Source of the DNA: a virus
Virus record (IMG/VR): IMGVR_UViG_3300042865_000182
Span: 43,395 to 107,394 of that record
Reading direction: 5' to 3' (one strand)
DNA length: 64,000 nucleotides
Position numbers and translations under genes: made by a program. The notes under the pieces are model-generated. The model was not told the DNA's origin. It did not search any database and was given only the letters and a program-made list of their open reading frames with translations. Below are positions 38,401-46,789 of this stretch, piece by piece (positions within the stretch are counted from its first letter, which is position 1; each line of letters opens with the position of its first letter).

Positions 38401-40764
38401 AAACCATCTAATGAAAACTCATATCAAACAACCACATTGATGAATCCAGTAACAGGAGAGTATCAAAAGTATATGGGTGTTCCTGCTGGAAAATATGGTA
38501 AGAGTGTGATTAAAAATGAGTTCTTAACAATACCAAGAGGGGCTAACTGGGATCAGTATGTAGGTAAATATATTGATAACAGAGGAAACTTTTTACCACG
38601 GGAATATAAACCTGGAGATAGAAATACAGCATATGATAACAAGTATATAAATGAAAAGTATATTGAGTTAGAACGATCAAACAGTGCTGAGTTTCAACTA
38701 CTTAAGACTATATCTGAAGAGTTTATTAAACTGCAAGAAGGTAAAGCTGTAAACAGTAGACTTTATCTTGATTTACCTAGATTTAGAAAAAGAAGTAATC
38801 TTGAGTTTGTACAGTCAGGTGAAACTAAAGAAAACATAATTGAAAAAATTGGTGGGTTTAAAGGTTTATGGAAAACATGGTTTGGTAAAGCTCCAGATGA
38901 TGTTGAGTATGGATTTAACTTTGATGCTGGTAGCACTCTTGTATCAACAGATTTAGAAGGGAATCCTATAACTAAAATACCAGTAAGAGGTACATATAAC
39001 TTAGATTCTAAAATGGTATCTAAAGATGTATTAAGAAGTATGTATGAGTATTTACTTTCTCTAAATGAGCAACAAATACTTATGGAAAATGAACCTGTGG
39101 CAGATGCATTACTGAGTGTACTTACAAATAATCCAATTAAAGATCTTGAAAAATTAAATAAAGGTGAATTTAAACTTACAGGTAAAAGAAAGTATACTCC
39201 AAAAGATGAGAATAGAAGACAGCAAGCCGTTAAGTATCTAATTGATAAAGTATTTTATGGGAAAAGTACTTCTTCTTTTGAAGAAGAAAATCCTAGAACA
39301 GCAAAAATCTTCCAAGGAATGTTTAGAAGATCATCAAGAGCATTCATTGCTTTTGATCCACAGTCTGCTATTAAAAACCGTTGGGGACAACTATATCAAA
39401 ATTCTATTCTTGCTGCAGGAGGTAGATTTGTTACACCAGTTTCATTAGCAAAAGGTAAATTAAAAGCAAAACAATCTGCTACTTATTGGGTGTTTAAAGA
39501 TGTATATGAAAAAGGTATTAAAACACCTGATATTCAGTTAGTTGAAAGATTTGACCCTGCTCTAAGAACGCATGAGGAATTTGGTAAATCATCATCAAGA
39601 TCTGTATTTAAGGATCTTTCAGATATGACATATGCATTTGACTTTAGAAGGACTATGGAACTTGAAGCTTCTATGGAGTTATTCTGGGGTGTGATGTATA
39701 ATAAATATGTAGATCAAAATGGTGAGTCTATTCCATATGCAGAAGCTTGGACATCAGATGAGGATGGAAAGTTGATACTTAAAGAAGGTATTGATCCTAA
39801 TTATTCATTTGATGAAGTATTTCATTCATTTAAGTTAGGTGAAACTTTAGAAAGTATAGCTAAAAAATATAATATATCTGTTGAAGCTCTTAAATATAGA
39901 TCTGGTATTGAATCTGTCTCAAATTTAATACCAGGAGAAGAAATAAGAGTGGGTGATGCTTCAGAGTTTAAAAGAATGAAGTTAATGCTACAAGGTGTAA
40001 ATAAAAAAGTAACTGGTTCACTAGATAAATTTGATACACCACAAGCAGAAAAGTATCTATTATATAGAGCATTCACATTCTATAAAAGATTTGCTACAGG
40101 AATGTTCCTTGATAAATATCAAATGGATACAACAGCTGGAAATAAAGGAGGTTATGTCTATAACTGGGATACGCAAACACTTGAAAAAGGATATTATATT
40201 CAAGCATTTCAAGCTATTTATAAGTTAATAAAAAGTATTGGTAGAGATTGGGCTATTCTTACTCCTCAAGAAAAAGTTGCAATGACAAGAGTGCTGGCAG
40301 AGGGTGTGTTATTATTCTTACTTGGAATGATAGTAGGTTCTTGGTGGTTTGATTGGGATCCAGAAGATTCAGATAGGTATAAACAAATGAAAAGAGATAA
40401 TGCAACTTGGTCAGGTTATTTTGGCAATCATTTAATGTACTTATTAATTACTACAAAATCTGAAAATGAGGCATTTTTACCTTTAATAGGTATTAAAGAT
40501 CAAATGTCATACTTTGGAACTACAACTATTGCAACCGCAAATACAATAGATATGTATATTAAAATTATGTTTGATTTGTGGAACATAGCTACAGATAATC
40601 CTGATGCTATATATTCTAAACAAGATCAAGGCCCATATTTCTGGCAGAAAAAAGGAAGGTATAAACTATGGAATCATATTGGTAGCATGTATGGTATTAA
40701 AGGTAAAAATAAAGATGCTATGTGGGCAGTTAAGAAATTTGAACAATATGAAGCAACTAAATAA
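32440..40764 (+). CDS. Giant virion ejection protein 3: two zincin HExxH domains, EVQSD domain, LysM, C-terminal TM segment
   Basis: 2774 aa. HEYAH (34819), HEFAH (35509), RILEVQSDLFQ (33916), LysM-like FHSFKLGETLESIAKKYNISVEAL...LIPGEEIRV (39820..39951), hydrophobic VLAEGVLLFLLGMIVGSWWF. Confidence 0.7.
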   Translation: MSKCLNVRDRNVARLIKDFGETTVSQLVESYFGDEVPTYDEFIANKDVKEQLNIIPISKVKNEIGTSFSKQLSTDRIIQLKQAISKANNKNYKAGNPEVYMLVNYQRVGEADLYTWGLRKVAGTLDVEAKIERAKAMVRESITPVSDLEKMIENDQHFLPEEDFEIGDEQLENERQALEILKQDAERAGLDYDDRYLYEERDEMVTPQPVSGIFDRLKDKLQQLYPAITLDISNNPVWEKGTQILNQQEYNNEVAFRIKTVDLLTSRKADEVFAKGLKNKWPLDKMLTELQVPKQQKQLIDSVLKDMPYFEGIPFNAQIAYAIADTYTYTLEINTATEDKRQWGDYFDNDQPFDNERFILNDSRYSVNYDENTFYGYLKDGLEITKEEFDNAQKEAFVKYKANENTIRPTSYYDNLTVPGGTNYTENEIATPGITPNIKGHAQFATKNGIGWFRSDNKVDGTSLGLTSAQLANMPEEDIAKFTDNTKTRRILEVQSDLFQKGRDREDLTNQEFPDDNDYEYAYAESFEEAEELEAEGWEKFGSTEDGGIQYIRLKSDAVLKNKKERQTSSNQFLQLLNKDNNWVNFFVKSIIQDSAKKGYEKVLFPKGDTASKVEGHETLENYKREKLKRIEFLEDNKEILSNTKPYKIGDYFDRDVENLPENERVNYNKVETQEEVDLLNEELSTEGIDNEINQLKKELADIEGPQGFGALRPIYNFYENTVSNVLKKQGYTPEVITDEYGNQWNQVTVNQVRDLQNILLQRNEADRIIGQANIKAMSVLLDAVNQKEDTLPHEYAHHYIAWFRNTPLVQEAISKWGSEEALVQSIGEQAVAQKGEAWGWWKKFTEWVMSLFDNLSTKDKQELTNILTDAFLQGVDLQTGKIGISAERSRELAAQASGIFNQTIEGSFDEQIQNIPGEYSQQAIDTELDRRIESQRQMDTEEASVDDTLNQLDPDNQKTILTATAFAEKLADAIGADYKFVSEAEAEAILANSPTPYGGQSGFYHANTVYLVKGRLSLDTVLHEFAHPLVKGILKDNPKLFNNLYAALASTPEGQDIIERVRQEYPNLEEGSDRFKEEAIVTSLEIKAASKVNDNSPFGKFIKNLMFAIKKVLRNMFSTKNGNAINLNKLSEKTTLNQLAEMLANPEFKVMNMELIPSDIAEFKNEITAKIEELKNVPKDKLQETIDRIYTDTLNQLNTLKQAPFKVKQELLSAKGTKILAYIREELEKYQTVNVRPQDVDPENVINAIADYETEMRLRSLALINSLNELKVFTDSIKNILDDLKNSKDKNTNANISKVVYYKGFLKSQLRMLEDLKDIPDLDRDGEFFRKINSIGDSIRDAEKKIYDIEFNFISEFFNNETDLMASAVENTFRDRVTLLLKAEGIEESEIEKFIEKVVNNPDGTEMTVKDIELPISSRRAKYIVDAAKEYYFKRLGRQQIEEYLRGERGDLGFFTAWITPYSNMDDPITGGFVKFIKEKMNDAMMRSQNQANDITLKLLPLLNAVGYNPARTNQLGDMLLFTDKVGFTNNNGVYEEKDVLTFINKFKNYRADRARLQNDFDLAKSKKDQVKMKEAYDALEAFDEKYMHRKFTKEYYDIQKIWKTGAVVKNPFTGEEVTVGAKVAFDSFLERQELLNKMNTLKNVHFLELEDLYELGDSEEQTKLEYNRLFDIYNLDGKPKTGEELERVLLRKKHRELSRNMYDYSPDTDRLQKDLDNFHQKLLARNINPEDAPAEGETMNKYQKEMDRFFRKNLKTAYTSDYYKSRQQIFEDIRKITEKAGVKSKVALELSELYKERYRLANSTADANGQPNGLNFTANQIDLLRDIENKIVALEESYNKKTGLTKEETARLQSYMNKVAIKVALTPEENQDFMTLYKTKNEMGLTELEMQTLNSKFAELAALSVKEPTDYYIEAFNYALRNTGLPEITVENADTWINSDYLTQALAKDKDFAQWYTRNHVEKQIYVKGEGMANKNFRLNVWTITKPSNENSYQTTTLMNPVTGEYQKYMGVPAGKYGKSVIKNEFLTIPRGANWDQYVGKYIDNRGNFLPREYKPGDRNTAYDNKYINEKYIELERSNSAEFQLLKTISEEFIKLQEGKAVNSRLYLDLPRFRKRSNLEFVQSGETKENIIEKIGGFKGLWKTWFGKAPDDVEYGFNFDAGSTLVSTDLEGNPITKIPVRGTYNLDSKMVSKDVLRSMYEYLLSLNEQQILMENEPVADALLSVLTNNPIKDLEKLNKGEFKLTGKRKYTPKDENRRQQAVKYLIDKVFYGKSTSSFEEENPRTAKIFQGMFRRSSRAFIAFDPQSAIKNRWGQLYQNSILAAGGRFVTPVSLAKGKLKAKQSATYWVFKDVYEKGIKTPDIQLVERFDPALRTHEEFGKSSSRSVFKDLSDMTYAFDFRRTMELEASMELFWGVMYNKYVDQNGESIPYAEAWTSDEDGKLILKEGIDPNYSFDEVFHSFKLGETLESIAKKYNISVEALKYRSGIESVSNLIPGEEIRVGDASEFKRMKLMLQGVNKKVTGSLDKFDTPQAEKYLLYRAFTFYKRFATGMFLDKYQMDTTAGNKGGYVYNWDTQTLEKGYYIQAFQAIYKLIKSIGRDWAILTPQEKVAMTRVLAEGVLLFLLGMIVGSWWFDWDPEDSDRYKQMKRDNATWSGYFGNHLMYLLITTKSENEAFLPLIGIKDQMSYFGTTTIATANTIDMYIKIMFDLWNIATDNPDAIYSKQDQGPYFWQKKGRYKLWNHIGSMYGIKGKNKDAMWAVKKFEQYEATK

Positions 40765-40771
40765 ATAAACA

Positions 40772-40912
40772 ATGGCAAAGGCAACAACAACTACAACAAA
40801 AGTATACAGCAAGCCTAAAGTCTCAAGACCTGGTGTTCATGCAAAAACCAAATCATCTAAGTCTAAGAATAGCAAGCTGTATAAGAAAGGTTATCGGTCA
40901 CAGGGCAGATAA
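40772..40912 (+). CDS. Small, highly basic 46-aa protein (possible DNA-condensing core protein)
   Basis: Manually translated: MAKATTTTTKVYSKPKVSRPGVHAKTKSSKSKNSKLYKKGYRSQGR. No acidic residues. Last gene of the + operon. Confidence 0.7.
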   Translation: MAKATTTTTKVYSKPKVSRPGVHAKTKSSKSKNSKLYKKGYRSQGR

Positions 40913-40941
40913 AAAAAAAGGGAGAACCCGAAGGCTCTCCC
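40911..40941 (-). terminator. Intrinsic terminator at the convergence of the two gene blocks
   Basis: Minus strand GGGAGAGCC-TTCG-GGTTCTCCC followed by T9 (cUUCGg loop). May also act on the + strand. Confidence 0.85.
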
Positions 40942-40943
40942 AT

Positions 40944-41114
40944 TTATTCTTCTTCACAACAGTCACAGTCTTCTGACTCTAGTTGTCCGTACTCATTATC
41001 AAACCAATCTCTAGCATCCTTTTTGTTAGGTTCATCTATATCTCCTGAAGCCATTGCTTCTGCTCCAGCCATATAGGCTTCAATCATTGCTTTCCTGAAT
41101 GTTATTGGATGCAT
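40944..41114 (-). CDS. Hypothetical 56-aa acidic protein ending CDCCEEE
   Basis: Manually translated: MHPITFRKAMIEAYMAGAEAMASGDIDEPNKKDARDWFDNEYGQLESEDCDCCEEE. Fills the gap between the MazG-like gene and the terminator. Confidence 0.65.
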   Translation of the reverse strand: MHPITFRKAMIEAYMAGAEAMASGDIDEPNKKDARDWFDNEYGQLESEDCDCCEEE

Positions 41115-41115
41115 G

Positions 41116-41502
41116 TTAATCTACTTTAATAAACTTACTTAAATCTGGTCTGAAGTATCCAGGACCTTTTAATATCTTATTATCCTCTCTAAGTATAGGT
41201 TTTCCATCCTCACCTAGTTTACTCATATTACTAGCATGTATTTCATCAAATACTTCTTCTATAATATTCTGCATACCATGTTTAAGAATAGTTCCACATA
41301 AGATATATAACTGGTCTCCCAAAGCATCTGCTATTTCTACTAATGAGTTTTTGTCACATGCATCAAGGTATTCATCATTTTCTTCAGCCATTAGTTTATG
41401 TCTTAGTACTACTTCATCTGGTCCTAAATTTTGTGACCATGTTCCATTTTCTTGTCCAAAAGCTTCATGAAACTTTTTTACTTTAGTTAATTGTTTTTCC
41501 AT
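41116..41502 (-). CDS. MazG-like all-alpha NTP pyrophosphohydrolase (DR2231/dUTPase-like)
   Basis: VKKFHEAFG, EENDEY, EIADALGDQLY, EIHASNMSK and KILKGPGYFRPDL motifs. Confidence 0.85.
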   Translation of the reverse strand: MEKQLTKVKKFHEAFGQENGTWSQNLGPDEVVLRHKLMAEENDEYLDACDKNSLVEIADALGDQLYILCGTILKHGMQNIIEEVFDEIHASNMSKLGEDGKPILREDNKILKGPGYFRPDLSKFIKVD

Positions 41503-41513
41503 ATTGTAAAGTT

Positions 41514-41544
41514 AAAAAAAAAGGGGACACATTTCTGCATCCCC
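41514..41544 (-). terminator. Intrinsic terminator
   Basis: GGGGATGCA-GAAA-TGTGTCCCC followed by T9. Confidence 0.8.
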
Positions 41545-41583
41545 TGGATTGTATTAACCTGTTTTATTATGATTACAGGATTT

Positions 41584-42819
41584 TTAGAAAAAGTCTGGGG
41601 TGTTATCCTTTTCTTCTTCAGTTTCATTAAAGTCAAGATCAAAATCATCTTTTAGTGCAAATTCATCATCAAAGTTTGCAGTAACCACAGGTGCTTCAAA
41701 AGTATTACCTGCTGGGTCAGTATAGTTAACTACACCTTCTGCTTCAAATTGAATATGATCTTCTTCAGTTGGCTCAAGACTTAATACATCTTCCTTAGCT
41801 TCAGTAATATCTAGGATGATTTCTTCTGACTGGTGCAAAACCTCTTCAGTTTCTACCTCTTCTTGCACCACTTGATTATCAGACTCTTGCATTTTTTCAA
41901 GAACTTCTTCAATTGGTAAATTTCTCACACCTTCAGCACTTACAGCAATACCAGATACACCAAAAATAAGTTCATCTTTTAAAGCTTGTTCTGTAACTTC
42001 AGCAATCTGATCTAGAATATTAGTTTGATTTGGATCTTCATATAAAGGATCTACAACTGGTGCACTTAAATTAATAGGTGGTGCACTTACAGATTGAGGT
42101 GGTGCACTAAAATCACAAATTGTCCCTATAAAGTAATGCAAAATTCTTTGGTCTTCCATCCATGTCTTAGGATGTGATGACTGTAATGCATTAGTTACAA
42201 AGTTATAGAAGGCCCATAAACTATCAGTATTCTTAAATACTTGTTGTGGTCTCTTCATTTGATCTCTGATCATACTAGCCTGCTCAGTAGTAAGAATCTC
42301 ATACTCAGCAAATAGTACACCCAAAAGCTGAGACTGTTTTCTCTTATTCAAGCTTACTACTTCCATAGCAACTTTATCAGAACATAGCTGATTATAATAC
42401 ATATATGCATTAGTGATATAGTCATCAATAGTGGCTTTTGTCTCCGTATCTGCAGTACCTGTGTGTTTTCTAACCCAGCTACCAACTTCTCCAGACATCA
42501 TAACAGATCCACTATTGTTTATATAAGCTCCTACTACACATTTAAACTTTACTTGTTTATTATAACTGTTTGTCCATGCAAACATCATTGACAACTCAGG
42601 GTCATTGTTGAAATTCAACTTATAAATTCCTTGAGCTATTTGTCCATCAGCAGTACATCTGTACTCCTCATCTACAATACCAAACCCTGCATTAGCAAGG
42701 GCTTGATAAGCATAATCAATAACAAACTGGTGACTAATCACTGTATAAGTAGTACCATGATTTGGTAATGGTACACTTATTAAGTTTGCTTTTGTTGTGT
42801 GTTGTATTTTCTTTGGCAT
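41584..42819 (-). CDS. DUF932-like protein with long acidic C-terminal tail
   Basis: YTVISH, NSYNK, RKHTG and SLWAFYNFVT pattern. The last ~170 aa are strongly acidic. Confidence 0.55.
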   Translation of the reverse strand: MPKKIQHTTKANLISVPLPNHGTTYTVISHQFVIDYAYQALANAGFGIVDEEYRCTADGQIAQGIYKLNFNNDPELSMMFAWTNSYNKQVKFKCVVGAYINNSGSVMMSGEVGSWVRKHTGTADTETKATIDDYITNAYMYYNQLCSDKVAMEVVSLNKRKQSQLLGVLFAEYEILTTEQASMIRDQMKRPQQVFKNTDSLWAFYNFVTNALQSSHPKTWMEDQRILHYFIGTICDFSAPPQSVSAPPINLSAPVVDPLYEDPNQTNILDQIAEVTEQALKDELIFGVSGIAVSAEGVRNLPIEEVLEKMQESDNQVVQEEVETEEVLHQSEEIILDITEAKEDVLSLEPTEEDHIQFEAEGVVNYTDPAGNTFEAPVVTANFDDEFALKDDFDLDFNETEEEKDNTPDFF

Positions 42820-44733
42820 TTAAAATAAACTTAATTGATTTACATTTGGTTCTAAACCTTCTATTTCTTTCTTAATATTCTCAAGATAATATTTGTAATT
42901 AATCTCATACTCATCAAAGTCCATATCATCTATGTGGTTGATATAAATTTGCTGGAGCCATTTGCCGGCCTCAATATTTATCTCCCTACCATCAGAGTTA
43001 TTAATCTTCATGATCTTAGATCCCGTATTACATACATAATATCTTAGAGTGTGTTGTAGTTCTTTTTCCCTATACACACCATTTACAATAGATCTTTCTA
43101 CATATTTCCAATCACCCTTAATCTTCTTGCCTCCACAGTAATCAAAGATATTTCTGTTGGACTTGAGATAATCCTCAGGCTGGATACCTTCTACAAAATA
43201 TGCATGCAAAGTTTTAGGTATAACTAAAAAACTTTTATTCTTGTGCAGAGCCAAGTCAGCATACTCAAATCTACCTTTGCATTTAGACTTACCATCTTCA
43301 GTAACAGCAATGTAATTATTTACATCACCTAGTACTAGTTTACTATATGTATCATGTTCTAGTTGTAGACTAGTCATCTTCTCCCATATCTTGCAAATCT
43401 CCATATACTTGTCCATCTGGTCCCTTGGAATCATAGTTTCCAAACCATCTGTATTTTGCATTAGTGGAATTGCACCCGGGATACCTTCACAAATCATCTC
43501 ATACAACATAGTAAGACTAAGCTGACCATTAATAGTAATCTTCATAGTAAACTCAGGATCATACAGGAAACTGTTCTCATCATTGCTGAGACCATAAGTT
43601 GAATTTAAAATAATCTTATATACATAGTTCTTTGGGTCCTTTTTGGGTATAACCTTTCTCTCATCAAAGAACCATTCATACTGAGTACAAAACTCTTCTT
43701 GTGGTAAATGTGCCGGAGCCCATCTATTTCTAATAGCTAGATTAGGGTAAAAACTTGTAACATCTGAAGTCATGATAACCATGTCTTCTGTTGCATTATA
43801 TACCCTACTTGCTCTAGCACCATGAATACCACCAAGACCATAGTCTGTTTTAACTCCCTTATACTGTACAGAATACTTAAATCCACCTTTTGTTTCACCA
43901 GTGTGGATAACCACATCCTGGAACTTTTTAAGGAGATGTTGAAATGTTGCTGTCTCAAAGCTTATATAAGGTAGTATGATATCTTTTACAACAATCTGCT
44001 CCCTCTTAGTTCTCATCTGACGGAGATCATACTTCTTGATACCAGTTTGTTTACTAAGGAAATGTAGAAACAACTCTTTAGCTATCCTTGGTTCAGAGGC
44101 TGAGAATAAATCAATACCATATTCTTCAGTAAGTGCTCTTCTTAACTCAATCTGACCCTTACTCAAACTCATGATTTGCTTAGTAGACCGGACATCATTA
44201 ATACAATAACCTACAATAGATGCTATTTGACCTTCTGTAACTTCAGTATAGTGTGGAATAGGCATATCTTTTATGTTCTTCCAATCCATTGTATACTGAA
44301 TCCACTTCAGGCTTGATCTTTTAGCTGGGTTATCCCAGTGATTAAGCTTAAATACATCTATCTGTCTGATATGTAAGTCTCTAGAACCAAATTCAGCAAA
44401 CTCACCACCATTACTTCTTTGAATAGTAGCTTGTGCTTTCTGATAAATAAACCTAGCAATAGTCTCACCATCTTGTTCCAGTAACTGTTCTTTATTCCGG
44501 AGAATATGTTCAGTAATCTGACTGTCAAAAGCAAGACCATTAAAGCTAACATGCCATTCTTCAAGAGTTATATTTCTCTCAAGGAATGTTACCAGTTCTA
44601 GTATATCATTTTTTGATTTATGACAGATAAAAACTTCTCTGTGCTCAGACTTTACATCCTCAAAGACTCCCAAAAAACAATTGGATAAAGTCTCCCAGTC
44701 CATGACCCAGTGGGTCCTATTTATATTTCCCAT
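42820..44733 (-). CDS. polB: Family B DNA polymerase (crAss-like)
   Basis: ExoI DWET, ExoII FNGLAFD, ExoIII YCINDV; polymerase motifs DVTSFYPN, KIILNSTYG, NTDG. Confidence 0.92.
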   Translation of the reverse strand: MGNINRTHWVMDWETLSNCFLGVFEDVKSEHREVFICHKSKNDILELVTFLERNITLEEWHVSFNGLAFDSQITEHILRNKEQLLEQDGETIARFIYQKAQATIQRSNGGEFAEFGSRDLHIRQIDVFKLNHWDNPAKRSSLKWIQYTMDWKNIKDMPIPHYTEVTEGQIASIVGYCINDVRSTKQIMSLSKGQIELRRALTEEYGIDLFSASEPRIAKELFLHFLSKQTGIKKYDLRQMRTKREQIVVKDIILPYISFETATFQHLLKKFQDVVIHTGETKGGFKYSVQYKGVKTDYGLGGIHGARASRVYNATEDMVIMTSDVTSFYPNLAIRNRWAPAHLPQEEFCTQYEWFFDERKVIPKKDPKNYVYKIILNSTYGLSNDENSFLYDPEFTMKITINGQLSLTMLYEMICEGIPGAIPLMQNTDGLETMIPRDQMDKYMEICKIWEKMTSLQLEHDTYSKLVLGDVNNYIAVTEDGKSKCKGRFEYADLALHKNKSFLVIPKTLHAYFVEGIQPEDYLKSNRNIFDYCGGKKIKGDWKYVERSIVNGVYREKELQHTLRYYVCNTGSKIMKINNSDGREINIEAGKWLQQIYINHIDDMDFDEYEINYKYYLENIKKEIEGLEPNVNQLSLF

Positions 44734-44772
44734 ATCTTAGTTCAGTTAAGCTGTTCCCCCGTTTAATTAAAT

Positions 44773-44802
44773 AAAAAAGAGGGTGTTTGGTACCCACCCT
44801 CT
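44773..44802 (-). terminator. Intrinsic terminator
   Basis: AGAGGGTG...CACCCTCT stem followed by a T tract. Confidence 0.7.
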
Positions 44803-44823
44803 CTTTAAACTAATTGAAAATGT

Positions 44824-45180
44824 TTATGCAGGCTCCAACAACATAAACTTCTTATAGTCAAACTTCTTAGCATTAACTGCAAATAGTTTGATAACTTCAT
44901 CTATTGCATCCTTGTCTTCTACATAAAACTCTTGAAACACTTCAATCTTGTGTCTCTCTTGTTTCATACCTTTTGTACCAGCTACCGGTTGACCATAGTC
45001 ATCTACTTTTGGTAACATATGTAATGACACTTTTCTAATCTTAGAAATCACTACAAATACCTTAGTATCTGGGTCCATGATACACTCCACATAAGGACAA
45101 GACTCAGTAATAGGAATCATTCTGAAAGTTTGCTTGTCATTCCATGTGGATTGTACAAGCATCATTGTGTTTTCACTCAT
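44824..45180 (-). CDS. Hypothetical protein
   Basis: 118-aa ORF with an A-rich leader in the replication block. Confidence 0.7.
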   Translation of the reverse strand: MSENTMMLVQSTWNDKQTFRMIPITESCPYVECIMDPDTKVFVVISKIRKVSLHMLPKVDDYGQPVAGTKGMKQERHKIEVFQEFYVEDKDAIDEVIKLFAVNAKKFDYKKFMLLEPA

Positions 45181-45200
45181 TTTTTTGTTGGTTTAATTTT

Positions 45201-45770
45201 TTACAAATTTACTGTTTTTTCTATATTTTCCAAGTTTGCAACTTCCAATACTAAATTTTCCTTGTCTAAGTTTGGTTTATCACATAACTCACCTACTTCT
45301 TTTAGTAGTTCAACATTCACACTTAGCAAATTTGCATATGTTTCAAAATGTTTTTCAGGAAATAAATAGCTAGCAACATATGTATAGTTACCAGACTTTG
45401 AATCAAAGAAGTTTAATATTTTACGCTTTATATCATAATTTAACTTACTGTATCTTCCATATACTAAATGGAACCAGTTATATTCTAAATCAGAAAAATC
45501 AAATGTGAATATACTTTTATCACCAGCTGCTATATAATCACAAAGTCTAGAGTGTTTAAGTAAAACATTCTTTTCAAAGTTAATATACTCAACATCAGTG
45601 CGGGTGTGATAAACACATATTAGTTTCATATCCTCAGGAGTAATAGTATTATTCCAACCCAAATAGGTTTCTTCTGGAACAACACTTGTGCCCCTTTTAA
45701 TGTCCAAGAGCGGATACAAAAATATCTTGGACTTCTGAAAGTACTTCTTATAAAGCGCATTAATAACCAT
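45201..45770 (-). CDS. Hypothetical protein
   Basis: 189-aa ORF tightly packed after the exonuclease. Confidence 0.7.
   Translation of the reverse strand: MVINALYKKYFQKSKIFLYPLLDIKRGTSVVPEETYLGWNNTITPEDMKLICVYHTRTDVEYINFEKNVLLKHSRLCDYIAAGDKSIFTFDFSDLEYNWFHLVYGRYSKLNYDIKRKILNFFDSKSGNYTYVASYLFPEKHFETYANLLSVNVELLKEVGELCDKPNLDKENLVLEVANLENIEKTVNL
45204..45233 (-). promoter_or_regulatory. Bacteroidota-type sigma70 promoter TTG-N19-TAAATTTG
   Basis: Minus strand TTG (45233-45231), 19 nt, TAAATTTG (45211-45204), 23 nt upstream of the ATG at 45180. Fits the TTG-N19-TAnnTTTG consensus. Confidence 0.5.
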
Positions 45771-45775
45771 AAGTT

Positions 45776-46789
45776 CTACAATTTAATATTACCAACTGCA
45801 AGATCAAATGGTAAGTCATATCTCTTCTGTGTATAATGCCACTGGGCTATTTGTATAACAGATTTGAAATCACCCTTCCACTTGGTCATTGTTTCTGCAG
45901 AGACTTGGAAAGGATAAACTAAATTGTATTTGTCAATCACAATAAAGGTTACTTGCACCTGCCAATCTCTAGCATCTGGTTTGTCTTTCAAGAACTTATC
46001 TGAAGCTAGAATAGTATAGATAACAGCTTGTATCCAATACTTATAGTACTCAACAGCTTCCGGGAAATCCTGAATTGACTTGCCAGTAGTTTTGAGGTCA
46101 TTGATGAATATCACCTTTGCCTCAGTATCAACTACAACATTGTCAAGAATTCCGTGAAAACCAAAAGGTAATTTGTCATGATCAACCCTAATAGGCAACT
46201 CATTATAGGTCTCAATGTGTGCGTCTTCCTCAGTTATATCTAGTGCTAATAAAGATCTTATGTCTTTATTACTCTTTAGTATCTCTACCTGTGCTCTGCA
46301 GCCATCCAAAGTAGGTTGATCAACTATTGATTTGTCTAGACTGTTCTTAAGGAATTCAAAATACTCTTTGTGGTCATCAGTAAGAATCTTGTCAAGTCTT
46401 TGCTGATCTGTTTTAAGATTTTGATAAAGATTTGCTGTGAGTAGCTGTGTGAGTATATCTTGTGAGTAGTCTTCCAAAATTAATGAATTATTTCCATATC
46501 CAAGATGTACTCTAAAAATATTATCAATAATTTTCTTTGGGTTATCACTGGGTAGTTTCCCAGGCATACTAATAAATTTATCATCATATGCTTCTGGCTC
46601 AAAGAGTAAACAGTGTAGGACGCTCCCTCCTACAAGGTGAGCATCCTTACTGTCTTCCCGCTGGTTGAGCACATAATGATTGTAAAACATAGCAGGTGAA
46701 TAAAGTAGCTTATTCAACCCACTATAGCTAAAATAAAATTTCTTCTGATAGAATTTTTCTATTTCATCAGAACCATTCAAAGTCATCAT
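45776..46789 (-). CDS. PD-(D/E)XK exonuclease (RecE/ExoVIII-like)
   Basis: FSYSGL, GSVLHCLL, E...GILDNV...INDLKTT, YKYWIQAVIY. Confidence 0.8.
   Translation of the reverse strand: MMTLNGSDEIEKFYQKKFYFSYSGLNKLLYSPAMFYNHYVLNQREDSKDAHLVGGSVLHCLLFEPEAYDDKFISMPGKLPSDNPKKIIDNIFRVHLGYGNNSLILEDYSQDILTQLLTANLYQNLKTDQQRLDKILTDDHKEYFEFLKNSLDKSIVDQPTLDGCRAQVEILKSNKDIRSLLALDITEEDAHIETYNELPIRVDHDKLPFGFHGILDNVVVDTEAKVIFINDLKTTGKSIQDFPEAVEYYKYWIQAVIYTILASDKFLKDKPDARDWQVQVTFIVIDKYNLVYPFQVSAETMTKWKGDFKSVIQIAQWHYTQKRYDLPFDLAVGNIKL

Noticed and set aside
2673-40228. Short antisense and alternate-frame ORFs inside the long + strand genes
   Set aside because: Shadow ORFs fully nested in motif-supported genes, with no independent motifs.
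42826-42842. TAAACTTAATTGATTTA as a third promoter palindrome
   Set aside because: Imperfect, inside the polB 3' end, and lacks a TAnnTTTA box at 20 nt.
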